64,000 bases of DNA from IMG/VR virus record IMGVR_UViG_3300027833_000041. One strand, 5' to 3'. Positions 7,550 through 16,970 of this stretch are shown here, piece after piece; within the stretch, counting starts at the first letter, position 1; each line of letters begins with the position of its first letter. The notes under the pieces are model-generated. The model ran no database searches, had not been told where the DNA came from, and worked only from the letters and a program-made list of their open reading frames with translations. Both the position numbers and the translations under genes were made by a program. This DNA is from an uncultured virus (IMG/VR IMGVR_UViG_3300027833_000041) (Duplodnaviria > Heunggongvirae > Uroviricota > Caudoviricetes).

Positions 7550-9049
7550 ATGGATTTTTTAAACAACATTAACCTAGCCAAGAACGAGCTCCAGAATGCA
7601 GCCATTCAAAACCTAGGTACAGCACCCTCTTCGCCGGCAACGGGACAAGTGTACTACGACACGTCGGGCACACCGAAAGTATTAAGAATATACAACGGCT
7701 CTGAATGGGTGAGTGTAGCAGGAGATATAACATCGGTAACATCTGCTACAACAGCACAATTAACGGTAGCTAATAGCGACGGCCCTAATCCTGCGCTTAG
7801 TATAGTTACTGGGTCTATCGCCGATGGCGGTACGAACCTTGTTACATCAGATGTTATATTTGACTATGTAGCTGCCATTGCTGGTGGCTTGGTTGATTCT
7901 GTAACTACAGGTGATGCCAACACAATAGTTATCGGCGGCACTGCCGCTAACCCAACGGTAGCTGCAGTCACTGCGGCGGTTGCGGATTCAGGGACTAAAC
8001 TAGCTACGGGTGATCAGATCCACACGTTTGTAACAGACTTCGGGTACACTACTAATGTAGGTACTGTAACGAGTGTTGCTGCTGGTGCTGGTTTAAGAGT
8101 ATCAGGCACTGCGACGGTTACACCCACAGTATCCCCTGATTACACTACCTCTGCTAACATTATATTGTCTTCAACTGGAACAGCGACTGCTGACTCTGGT
8201 GACAGCATAATTTTAAGTGATAGCTCACAGCAAGTAGTAAGAACAACGCTGTCGGCTATCCCGGTTGCTTCTCTTAACCTTGTAAAAACTTATATTGATA
8301 ACTCTACCGCTGGAGCATTAAACTTCCAGGGAGGTTACAATGCAGCTACTAACTCACCAGACTTAGAGGCACCTGCATCAGGGGTAGTTAAGAAAGGTAT
8401 GATGTGGGCGGTTACTGCAGACGGTTTGTTCTTTGCGGAGCAAGTACGTGTGGGTGATTCTATTATAGCGAACATTGACGATCCAAGCACATTAGCGCAT
8501 TGGACAACTATACAAAGTAACATTGACCTAGCCACAACAAGTTCTGTAGGTCTTGCGTCATTCAGCTCAGATAACTTTGCGGTTAGCTCAGCAGGTGCGG
8601 TTACAATAAAAAATAACGGTGTTATACTAGGTACTGAGACTACCGGCAATTACGTTAAGAAAGTTACTACAGCAACTGGTTTAGACGGCGCGGTGGATTC
8701 AGAAGGCGGAACAGCAGCTTTAGCACTTGACTTTTCTGAATTAGGTGCAGACGCATCATCGGAAATATTTATAACTCTTATCGATGGCGAAGCAGTTCCT
8801 AAAAGAACTACTAAAGCACAAGCAGCGGCAGCTTTAAATGGCGAATCAACCTTCGCGGATACAATCACAGCTAATGCCACGGTAACACACAACTTAGGTA
8901 CTAAGGATGTGATCGTCCAATTGTACGACATTGTAACCTTCGACACTGTGTTTGCAGATGTTGATCGCGCGACAACAAACACCGTAGGTATCTCTTTCGG
9001 TTCAACACCAACAAACAGCATCAGAGTACTGATTCAGAAGGTAGGATAA
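7550..9049 (+). CDS. Tail fibre-like structural protein
   Basis: T/A/G/S-rich; C-terminal THNLG domain. Confidence 0.75.
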   Translation: MDFLNNINLAKNELQNAAIQNLGTAPSSPATGQVYYDTSGTPKVLRIYNGSEWVSVAGDITSVTSATTAQLTVANSDGPNPALSIVTGSIADGGTNLVTSDVIFDYVAAIAGGLVDSVTTGDANTIVIGGTAANPTVAAVTAAVADSGTKLATGDQIHTFVTDFGYTTNVGTVTSVAAGAGLRVSGTATVTPTVSPDYTTSANIILSSTGTATADSGDSIILSDSSQQVVRTTLSAIPVASLNLVKTYIDNSTAGALNFQGGYNAATNSPDLEAPASGVVKKGMMWAVTADGLFFAEQVRVGDSIIANIDDPSTLAHWTTIQSNIDLATTSSVGLASFSSDNFAVSSAGAVTIKNNGVILGTETTGNYVKKVTTATGLDGAVDSEGGTAALALDFSELGADASSEIFITLIDGEAVPKRTTKAQAAAALNGESTFADTITANATVTHNLGTKDVIVQLYDIVTFDTVFADVDRATTNTVGISFGSTPTNSIRVLIQKVG

Positions 9050-9062
9050 TAAAATACAATAT

Positions 9063-12000
9063 ATGAAGTTTTTAAATAGCTTAGATATTCTTGGAAGCGG
9101 CGGTACGCTATTAGATGTACAAGGCTCGCAGGGTCAATTGTTCTCCGTGACGGATTCCCTGTCAGGTAGTATATTTGCTGTTTCTGACATATCCGGTGTA
9201 CCTATACTAGATGTCAATTCCAGTGGAACTTCTTATTTTAGTGGTAATGTAGGCATTGGCACTGCGGCTCCTGGTGCTCCATTACAGATCAACAGATCCT
9301 CAAATGGTATCAACCAGTATATATATAACACGACCAGCGGCCAAGCTTACATAGCCTTTGGTAATGCTACAACTGGTTTGTTCTCTCAGGATTTCACATC
9401 TGCTAATGGCTTGTTAGTTGGTATTGACCAAGATGAAACGGCTATTATATGGAATGCCGAAGCAACTAGATTAAGGTTTGGTACATCAGGAACTGAAAGA
9501 ATGTCTATTGCAGCCGCAGGCAACGTCGGTATTGGGACGACTGCGCCAGCGACTAAACTACACATACAAGAGGGGAATACAAATATACTTATAGGTTCTG
9601 ACGATACATATGGCCAAAACTACAGCGCTATAGGATTTGGTGGATTATCAAACGGGAGTAACAGAATATTTGCGGGGTATGATGGTTCATCAATATATGA
9701 TGATATGTACTATGCTGCTGGAACGGGTAAGGGGCATCAATTTAGAGTAAACGGCGCAGGATCAACTTCAATGATAATCACCTCAGGCGGCAACGTAGGT
9801 ATTGGGACTACTGCGCCTGGGGCTAAGCTTGATGTAGTTGGTGAGATTTTTGCAAGCTCTAATGTTCAGATAAGTGCTACTGGAGCTGTTGGAAAATACT
9901 ACATAAGAAGACCATCAGATGGTTCTGCTTCTGCATTTTTCGGATACAATAGCACTGACAATACTGACTTTGGTGTATATAACGGCTCAGGTGGTGGCAA
10001 TGTAAAATTCTGGTCTAACAACGGAATATTCCAGTTCAACAATCTTGCGTCTTCTGAGTTGATGCGCATCACTTCAGGTGGCAACGTTGGTATTGGAACG
10101 ACAAGTCCTAGCTACGGGTTAGACGTTAATCATAACGCTGCTAGAATAGGTAGTTCTTCTCAAACAACCACATCTTTATATTTAACCGCTACCAACACTG
10201 CTGGTGCGCCCGCTGTTGCTACTGAAATAATAATGCAAGGATACGAAGGACGGGCAAAAGGTACTTTCTATACAGATTCCGGAGTTGACGGCGAGTGGTT
10301 TAATGGTGTTCCTTATAATGGAAATCATAATTATTGGCAGGTAGGATTTGATGAAACTGGCGGTCAAGCAGAATATCAAGCCAACAGTATACTTACCGTA
10401 AGGGATAACGGCAACGTCGGGATCGGGACAACTGCGCCATTAAATTCATTAGACGTATATAGAGCAACTGGCGACGCTTCTATAAGAATACAAGCAGAAA
10501 CAGCTGCAGATTCCACTATTTTAAAATTCAGAAATAGCAATGCTGACGCAGATATAACTGTTGACTATACTACTAGCAATCAGGCAAGAATGGTTTTTAA
10601 TACAGACAATTCTGGTGGTTATGTACCTGTTTTAAGTCTTGAGGCAAATAGAGACACTTTAATGTATGGCAACGTTGGTATCGGGACGACTAGCCCAAAT
10701 GCAAAACTCAACGTAAAGTCTTCAGATAGTACAGCAGATCAAATAACACTAACCCATTCAGGGAATACTGTTAACATAGTAGCAATAGGCCAAGAAAGTA
10801 GCCACGGTAGTTTGTTCTTAAGAGCTAATTCAGGTGTAAACAAAGTTAGATTATCAGCTGCAGGAAACAACTCATACATCTTAGACAGTAACGTTGGAAT
10901 TGGCACGACTAGTCCTAATACCGCTTTACAAGTAAATCAAAATACTACAGTCCCGTTATTAATTCATAGACCAAGTAATACTAGTTTTGATCCTCACGGT
11001 ATTGGATTTAGTACAAGAAATGATACAGCAAACGGAGGCTTAGGAGACGTAAGATCAGGTATATTTTCTGATTACAATGGTGATTTGTTTTTAGCCGCAG
11101 CTACTAGTTCAATAACAACAAGTCCTTTAGTTTCTTCAAGATTGTTTATTGAAGGCAGTAACGGCAACGTCGGTATCGGGACAACTAGTCCAGGAAGCGC
11201 ATTTAAACTTGATGTAAATGGATACATTAAAGCCAATAGTAGGATTTATGTAAGAGATTCTACTAAAACAATTGAGATTGGCACAGATTATATTCAAAGT
11301 TATGTTACATCTGGAACGGCTGTTAATCCTATAAGGTTCTTTACTGGGTCTACAGAAAAAGCACGTATAAATGGTGATGGTAACGTTGGGATCGGGACTA
11401 CTGCTCCTACTATTAAATTTCAAGCAGTTCAAACTACAGCAGATTGGGTTGGGGGATTTAAAAATTACGCAACAGGCGCATTTGGTCTTAGAGTGGATTT
11501 ATCTGGAAGTTCAGGAGCAAATGCCGCTTTTCAGGTATATACTGCGACTGGCGGTGGGATGTTAGTAAAAAACAACGGCAAAGTCGGGATCGGGACGACT
11601 AGTCCTTCTTCAAAACTTGACGTAAATGGTGATATAAGTATTACTGTCCCCAACACCAACACTAGTCTTTTATTGAAGCGTGATGTATCTGGCACTGTTT
11701 ACACATATGGTTCTTTTAATAACGCAGGCTCTGACTTTAATATCAATGGAACGGGTAATGTGTTCATTAATGCTGACTCCAACAGCGATTCAACATCTCC
11801 AGACAGAAACGTAACTATTGGAAACAGAGGCGTTGAGTATATGCGTGTTACTGGATCAGGTAACGTTGGTATTGGGACTACAGCTCCTGGGGCTAAGCTA
11901 GATGTTAGCGATTCATCTTTGCAAAATGGCAACACCCCAGGAATAAAACTATCTAATAGCCACAACGCACAGACAGTTTTATTAATTGAAAATACAACCT

Positions 12001-12758
12001 CACGAAAGTATGAAGTTTCCGTAGGTGGTTCAGCTAACTCTATAGGTAATGGGTCTTTTTATATATATGATGTTACAGCTGGTGATACAAGATTAGTTAT
12101 AAACAGTTCAGGCAACGTTGGGATCGGGGCTACTAATCCTCAGTCCAAGCTTCAAGTTGCTGGTGGTATTCAAATGGCTGGTGATACAGCAGCTGCCTCA
12201 GCCGCTAAAGTTGGTACAATGCGCTACAGGACTGGTACGGAGTATGTAGAGGTTGATGGGGCAAATCTGGATGTGTTACCTACGGTTGGTGGTACTCCTG
12301 ATGCTTATCTTCTTGGAGCGTATGGTACTAACACTGCTACATACTCTAATCAAATAAGTACATTAACATTTGTAGATAACTCAGGAGGTGGCTATCATTA
12401 TTTTAATACTACTACAAATATGAGTTCCGCAGCGGTTGTAAATAGTTACTACACTGCTAAAATAACTTTCAAAGTAAATACAGGAGCGATACAATGGCAT
12501 TTATATACAGGCTCTGCTTATATAAACTCAGAAGTTTCTTCAGGCACAGGATATCAAACAATGGAAATAACTTTCCAAGCAGCAAGTGCTTCAAATATAT
12601 TTATAAAAACTAGAAATATGTCAGCCGGACAAGTTATAGATATTAGTTTATGTGAGATATTTGAAGTAACAGAAGAAGACGCAAGCTACGCAGATATGTG
12701 TATGCAAACAGGTAGTTCAACATACGAGTGGGTTAACATAGTAAGAAATACATACTAA
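9063..12758 (+). CDS. Long tail fibre with 12 G(N/K)VGIG(T) modules
   Basis: Repeats counted in the translation. Confidence 0.85.
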   Translation: MKFLNSLDILGSGGTLLDVQGSQGQLFSVTDSLSGSIFAVSDISGVPILDVNSSGTSYFSGNVGIGTAAPGAPLQINRSSNGINQYIYNTTSGQAYIAFGNATTGLFSQDFTSANGLLVGIDQDETAIIWNAEATRLRFGTSGTERMSIAAAGNVGIGTTAPATKLHIQEGNTNILIGSDDTYGQNYSAIGFGGLSNGSNRIFAGYDGSSIYDDMYYAAGTGKGHQFRVNGAGSTSMIITSGGNVGIGTTAPGAKLDVVGEIFASSNVQISATGAVGKYYIRRPSDGSASAFFGYNSTDNTDFGVYNGSGGGNVKFWSNNGIFQFNNLASSELMRITSGGNVGIGTTSPSYGLDVNHNAARIGSSSQTTTSLYLTATNTAGAPAVATEIIMQGYEGRAKGTFYTDSGVDGEWFNGVPYNGNHNYWQVGFDETGGQAEYQANSILTVRDNGNVGIGTTAPLNSLDVYRATGDASIRIQAETAADSTILKFRNSNADADITVDYTTSNQARMVFNTDNSGGYVPVLSLEANRDTLMYGNVGIGTTSPNAKLNVKSSDSTADQITLTHSGNTVNIVAIGQESSHGSLFLRANSGVNKVRLSAAGNNSYILDSNVGIGTTSPNTALQVNQNTTVPLLIHRPSNTSFDPHGIGFSTRNDTANGGLGDVRSGIFSDYNGDLFLAAATSSITTSPLVSSRLFIEGSNGNVGIGTTSPGSAFKLDVNGYIKANSRIYVRDSTKTIEIGTDYIQSYVTSGTAVNPIRFFTGSTEKARINGDGNVGIGTTAPTIKFQAVQTTADWVGGFKNYATGAFGLRVDLSGSSGANAAFQVYTATGGGMLVKNNGKVGIGTTSPSSKLDVNGDISITVPNTNTSLLLKRDVSGTVYTYGSFNNAGSDFNINGTGNVFINADSNSDSTSPDRNVTIGNRGVEYMRVTGSGNVGIGTTAPGAKLDVSDSSLQNGNTPGIKLSNSHNAQTVLLIENTTSRKYEVSVGGSANSIGNGSFYIYDVTAGDTRLVINSSGNVGIGATNPQSKLQVAGGIQMAGDTAAASAAKVGTMRYRTGTEYVEVDGANLDVLPTVGGTPDAYLLGAYGTNTATYSNQISTLTFVDNSGGGYHYFNTTTNMSSAAVVNSYYTAKITFKVNTGAIQWHLYTGSAYINSEVSSGTGYQTMEITFQAASASNIFIKTRNMSAGQVIDISLCEIFEVTEEDASYADMCMQTGSSTYEWVNIVRNTY

Positions 12759-14711
12759 ATGGGATTAGGAAAAACATATTCAACTAAATACCTAGTAGAT
12801 AGCAACAACAATACTGGAGCTGTAGGTGAGGTATTAGTATCTACGGCAACCGGTATAAACTGGGCCAATGGCTCTGATATTGTAGGTGGACCTTACTTAC
12901 CGTTAGCTGGTGGTACGATGACTGGCACAGGAAATATAAATACTCCAGACCAATTTAAACTTAGATTTGGAGCAGGAAATGATTTACAAATTTATCATCA
13001 AGGAGGCACTTCTGGCAGTTATATAGATAACTACAGTGGTAATATGCGATTTAATAACTATGGTAATGATACAGATATTGTTTTTAACAACGACGATGGA
13101 GCTGGTGGAGCTACTACATATCTTCAATTAGACGGATCAACCGGTGCGGTTGTATTAAATCATTATGGATCCACAAAACTTTCAACCACAAGCACAGGTG
13201 TTGAAGTAACCGGTAAAATAACAAACCTTACAGCAGGTACTGGAAATCTTGACGCGGTAAACGTACAACAGCTAAACGATGCTACTACAGGTGCTTTAAT
13301 ATTTAAAGGAACATGGAGCGCAGCTTTAACAACAACTTCAACTACATCTGCAGCGGTTAGTAGTAGCACTACAGTTGTTATATCATCGCCTAATGCGGGA
13401 ATATCTGTAGGTGCAACAGTAACTGGTGCAGCTCTTCCAGCAGGTATTACCGTAACAGCTATAGCAGCTGATGAAGTTACTTTAACTATATCCAGTGCAC
13501 AATCTATAACTAGCGGTGCTACATTGACATTTACAACTGTTGGTGGTATACCAGATTTATCACAAACCGCAAGGAAGGTAACGGGTGACTATTACATATG
13601 TGAAACCGCTGGGGTGGCCACACCTAACGGTACAGGTACAACACCAGACGACTGGGCAGTTGGTGACTGGGTTGCATTCTCAGACTTAGCAACAGATGCA
13701 TGGCAAAAGATAGATAACAGTTCAGTTCTTAGTGGTGCTGGTACTGGCGGTACAGTTCCTGTATGGGCTGGATCTGGTACTTCGGTTACTTTAGCTGATG
13801 CGCCAATAACAGTTTCTGGTAATAACGCAACTTTTGCGGGGGATATTACCTTGCTTGATGATTTAAATTTTGCTACCAACGGTTTTGCAGATATAAAAAA
13901 TACTGGCACGGGTGCCATGAGATTTAAACCGAGCAGCCAAACATTGGCTTTAAGCTTATCGGGTGCTGACGCAACTTTTGCGGGGAACATAGATGTAAAT
14001 GGAACTGGTAACAACACATTTATTGGCAATATTGCTATGGACAATGCTGCCCCAATACTTCTTGCTAATTCAAGTAATAACGCTTCGGGACTTAGAATAA
14101 ATGTTACAGGTATTGCAGATAGCACTAATAATTTACTTAGAGTACAAAGAGCGGGTACTACGCTTTTTGATATTAGAGGTAATGGGAATATAATTAATAC
14201 AGGAACAGTAACAGCTCCGACGTTTATAGGTGACCTCAACGGTACAATAAATACCGCAACCACTGGTGCAACACAAACTGCTGGTGATAACTCTACGTTA
14301 ATAGCTACAACTGCTTACGCAGACGCGGCAGCAGCGGCAGGTGGGGGTAATTTCTTACCACTTGCTGGTGGAACACTTACTGGCAATTTAGTAATTGAAT
14401 CAGCTTTATTATCTAACCAAGAAAACACAGATGTAGACACAGGCACTGAAACAGTGGCTAGTGTGCTTAAAGCAACATACACCGCAGCGTTCTTCGATTT
14501 TGTTATTAAAAACGGAACTAACTTAAGAGCAGGTACAGTATTCGCTTGCCACGACGGAACAAATGTAGTATACACAGAGACATCTACTAATGACTTAGGT
14601 GACACATCAGATGTTACACTAAGCGTAGATATATCAGGAACTGACATGAGACTGCGGGCTACAGCTACTTCAGATGACTGGAGTGTTAAATCATTAATAA
14701 GAGCAATATAA
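12759..14711 (+). CDS. Tail fibre protein
   Basis: LPLAGGT(M/L)TG twice, ATFAG twice, G/T-rich. Confidence 0.8.
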   Translation: MGLGKTYSTKYLVDSNNNTGAVGEVLVSTATGINWANGSDIVGGPYLPLAGGTMTGTGNINTPDQFKLRFGAGNDLQIYHQGGTSGSYIDNYSGNMRFNNYGNDTDIVFNNDDGAGGATTYLQLDGSTGAVVLNHYGSTKLSTTSTGVEVTGKITNLTAGTGNLDAVNVQQLNDATTGALIFKGTWSAALTTTSTTSAAVSSSTTVVISSPNAGISVGATVTGAALPAGITVTAIAADEVTLTISSAQSITSGATLTFTTVGGIPDLSQTARKVTGDYYICETAGVATPNGTGTTPDDWAVGDWVAFSDLATDAWQKIDNSSVLSGAGTGGTVPVWAGSGTSVTLADAPITVSGNNATFAGDITLLDDLNFATNGFADIKNTGTGAMRFKPSSQTLALSLSGADATFAGNIDVNGTGNNTFIGNIAMDNAAPILLANSSNNASGLRINVTGIADSTNNLLRVQRAGTTLFDIRGNGNIINTGTVTAPTFIGDLNGTINTATTGATQTAGDNSTLIATTAYADAAAAAGGGNFLPLAGGTLTGNLVIESALLSNQENTDVDTGTETVASVLKATYTAAFFDFVIKNGTNLRAGTVFACHDGTNVVYTETSTNDLGDTSDVTLSVDISGTDMRLRATATSDDWSVKSLIRAI

Positions 14712-15388
14712 TGGGATTTTATAGAGGGCCAAATATAGTAACGGATGGATTAATCTTTGCGGTAGACGCGGGAAGCGAGAGGTCTTACCCAGGAAGTGGT
14801 ACAACTACTACTGACTTAATAAGTTCAATCACGGGAACTTTAACAAATGGAACCAGCTTTAATAGTGGTAATGGTGGTGCTTTTGTATTTGACGGAACAG
14901 ATGATTATATTACTTTTGGAAATACACAGTCCTTAAAAAATCAAGATGAAGGTACTATTTCTATCTGGGTACATCCAGAAACAACCAGTATGAAATTTGC
15001 ACTTGGTTGGCACGGTAACACTTCAAACTATATGAGATTACAGGTGTCAGGTAATGGTACTGCAAAGTGGTTAACTGAAGTAGGTAATGTAGGTAATTCA
15101 TTAACGTCTACCGCTACAACTCCTATAAATAAATGGACAAATATTATACTAACACAAAATGGTACAAATAGTAAATTCTATATAAATGGTGTTTTACAAA
15201 GCGGTTCAGGTAACGATACCTGGTTTGCAACTCACCCGACTTTGACTTTATTTTTAGGAAGTGAGTTAAGCTGGGGAGGTTATGACTTTGACGGTAAGAT
15301 ATCAAATACATTAATTTACAGCAGGGCATTAACAGCAGCAGAAGTAGCACAAAATTATAACGCACAAAAATCAAGATTTGGATTATGA
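14711..15388 (+). CDS. LamG/concanavalin-A-like lectin domain protein (paralogue 1)
   Basis: FDGTDDYI, W-x-N...FYING, IYSRALTAAEV motifs. Confidence 0.85.
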   Translation: MGFYRGPNIVTDGLIFAVDAGSERSYPGSGTTTTDLISSITGTLTNGTSFNSGNGGAFVFDGTDDYITFGNTQSLKNQDEGTISIWVHPETTSMKFALGWHGNTSNYMRLQVSGNGTAKWLTEVGNVGNSLTSTATTPINKWTNIILTQNGTNSKFYINGVLQSGSGNDTWFATHPTLTLFLGSELSWGGYDFDGKISNTLIYSRALTAAEVAQNYNAQKSRFGL

Positions 15389-15627
15389 TAACATACATTA
15401 CAATAAATATGTCTGAAATAGCATTGGTTGATTTCAATCAAGTGTTAGAGACATCAGAAGAAACAGTTAGACTATCAGTTGATGGTTTACAAACAGTATT
15501 AAAGTGGGAAGGCGCAGAACCTTCATTTGTATCAACATTAAGTTCATACGAAGGACCTTACACTCACGAAGAAATATTAGTTATAATGGCCACTCCAGAA
15601 TGGACTGACCCAAACCCACCGGAATAA
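15385..15627 (+). CDS. Small acidic tail-associated protein
   Basis: ORF between LamG genes. Confidence 0.7.
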   Translation: MITYITINMSEIALVDFNQVLETSEETVRLSVDGLQTVLKWEGAEPSFVSTLSSYEGPYTHEEILVIMATPEWTDPNPPE

Positions 15628-15628
15628 T

Positions 15629-16297
15629 ATGGGAGCATACGGAGGGCCAGATATAATAACAGACGGATTAGTTTTTGCTGTAGATGCTGGAAGTACTAGG
15701 TCTTATCCAGGTAGTGGGACTACGGCTACTGACTTAGCAGGTACAAATACTGTAGCTTTAGTTAACGGGGTTAGCTACAATCCAAATCAAGGAGGTAAAT
15801 GGGGGTTTGATGGAATTGATGATGTAATATATTTAAACTCTGGAACTGCACTTGTATTAAATGATTTTACAATAACTCAATGGATTCAATTTCCAGCTAC
15901 ATCTTCAAGAATGTCTATAGGAGGCGGTTTGTATACTGAGGGAAACTCTTATAAGGGATATATTTGGTATAGATCTGCACAAAATGAAATTAGAGTAACA
16001 ATGGATAGCGAAACAGGAGCTATATTTACTGTAGCTGAAAGTGTTTATTGTGACAAATGGTCTCAAATTACAGCAACAAGAAGTGGGGGTACTTATAAAT
16101 TATATATAGATGGGGAGCAAGTAGATATTACAAGAACTGGCTCAACTAATGATTTTTCTATAAGAACTATTGGTTGGAGTTATTATAATAATTACGCGTT
16201 CGCAGGAAGCATATCAAATACTTTAATTTATAACACAGCACTTACTGCAGCGGAAGTATTACAAAATTATAACGCACAAAAAAACAGATTTATATAA
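15629..16297 (+). CDS. LamG-like lectin protein (paralogue 2)
   Basis: Same conserved termini as paralogue 1. Confidence 0.85.
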   Translation: MGAYGGPDIITDGLVFAVDAGSTRSYPGSGTTATDLAGTNTVALVNGVSYNPNQGGKWGFDGIDDVIYLNSGTALVLNDFTITQWIQFPATSSRMSIGGGLYTEGNSYKGYIWYRSAQNEIRVTMDSETGAIFTVAESVYCDKWSQITATRSGGTYKLYIDGEQVDITRTGSTNDFSIRTIGWSYYNNYAFAGSISNTLIYNTALTAAEVLQNYNAQKNRFI

Positions 16298-16935
16298 TGT
16301 ACGTAGGACCAGATATAGTAACAGACGGATTAGTAGCGGTTTTTGATGCTGGTAGCACGAGAAGTTATCCAGGTACAGGAAGTACTTGGTATAACTTAAT
16401 AGGAACTGTAAACGGCACGCTAAGTGCAACAAGCATTGGAACAACAACAGCTGGTGTAATGACATTTGATGGTGTAGATGATACAATAAATATACCATTA
16501 GCTTCTTTAGCGTCAGCTGATTTTACAGTGATAGGTGTTACACAAAGAACAAACGCTGCTGCTGGTAGACTTATATCTGGTAGATTAAACAATTGGTTAC
16601 TGGGGCAATGGAACATTTACAAGAGACAATATTTTTCTGAAGGATGGGTAACCGGACCCTACAATACTACAGACGATTTAAATACTCATATTTGGTGTGG
16701 AACAGGTAATATATCAGCTGATATATATAAATTTCGTGAAGACAATGTAGAGTATATAGGAAATACTGCTGGCGGTTCAGCAGGTCCTAATGGATTTTTA
16801 TTAGGTAGATACTATAACAGTGAGTTTGAATATGGCACAGGAACAATAACACTTCTTTTAGTATATAATAGAGTGTTAACAGATGCAGAAATAACACAAA
16901 ACTACAATGCACAGAAATCCAGATTTGGATTATAG
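16297..16935 (+). CDS. LamG-like lectin protein (paralogue 3)
   Basis: Same conserved termini. Confidence 0.85.
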   Translation: MYVGPDIVTDGLVAVFDAGSTRSYPGTGSTWYNLIGTVNGTLSATSIGTTTAGVMTFDGVDDTINIPLASLASADFTVIGVTQRTNAAAGRLISGRLNNWLLGQWNIYKRQYFSEGWVTGPYNTTDDLNTHIWCGTGNISADIYKFREDNVEYIGNTAGGSAGPNGFLLGRYYNSEFEYGTGTITLLLVYNRVLTDAEITQNYNAQKSRFGL

Positions 16936-16970
16936 AATAATAACTTTTTGGACAATGAAAAAAAGATAGC

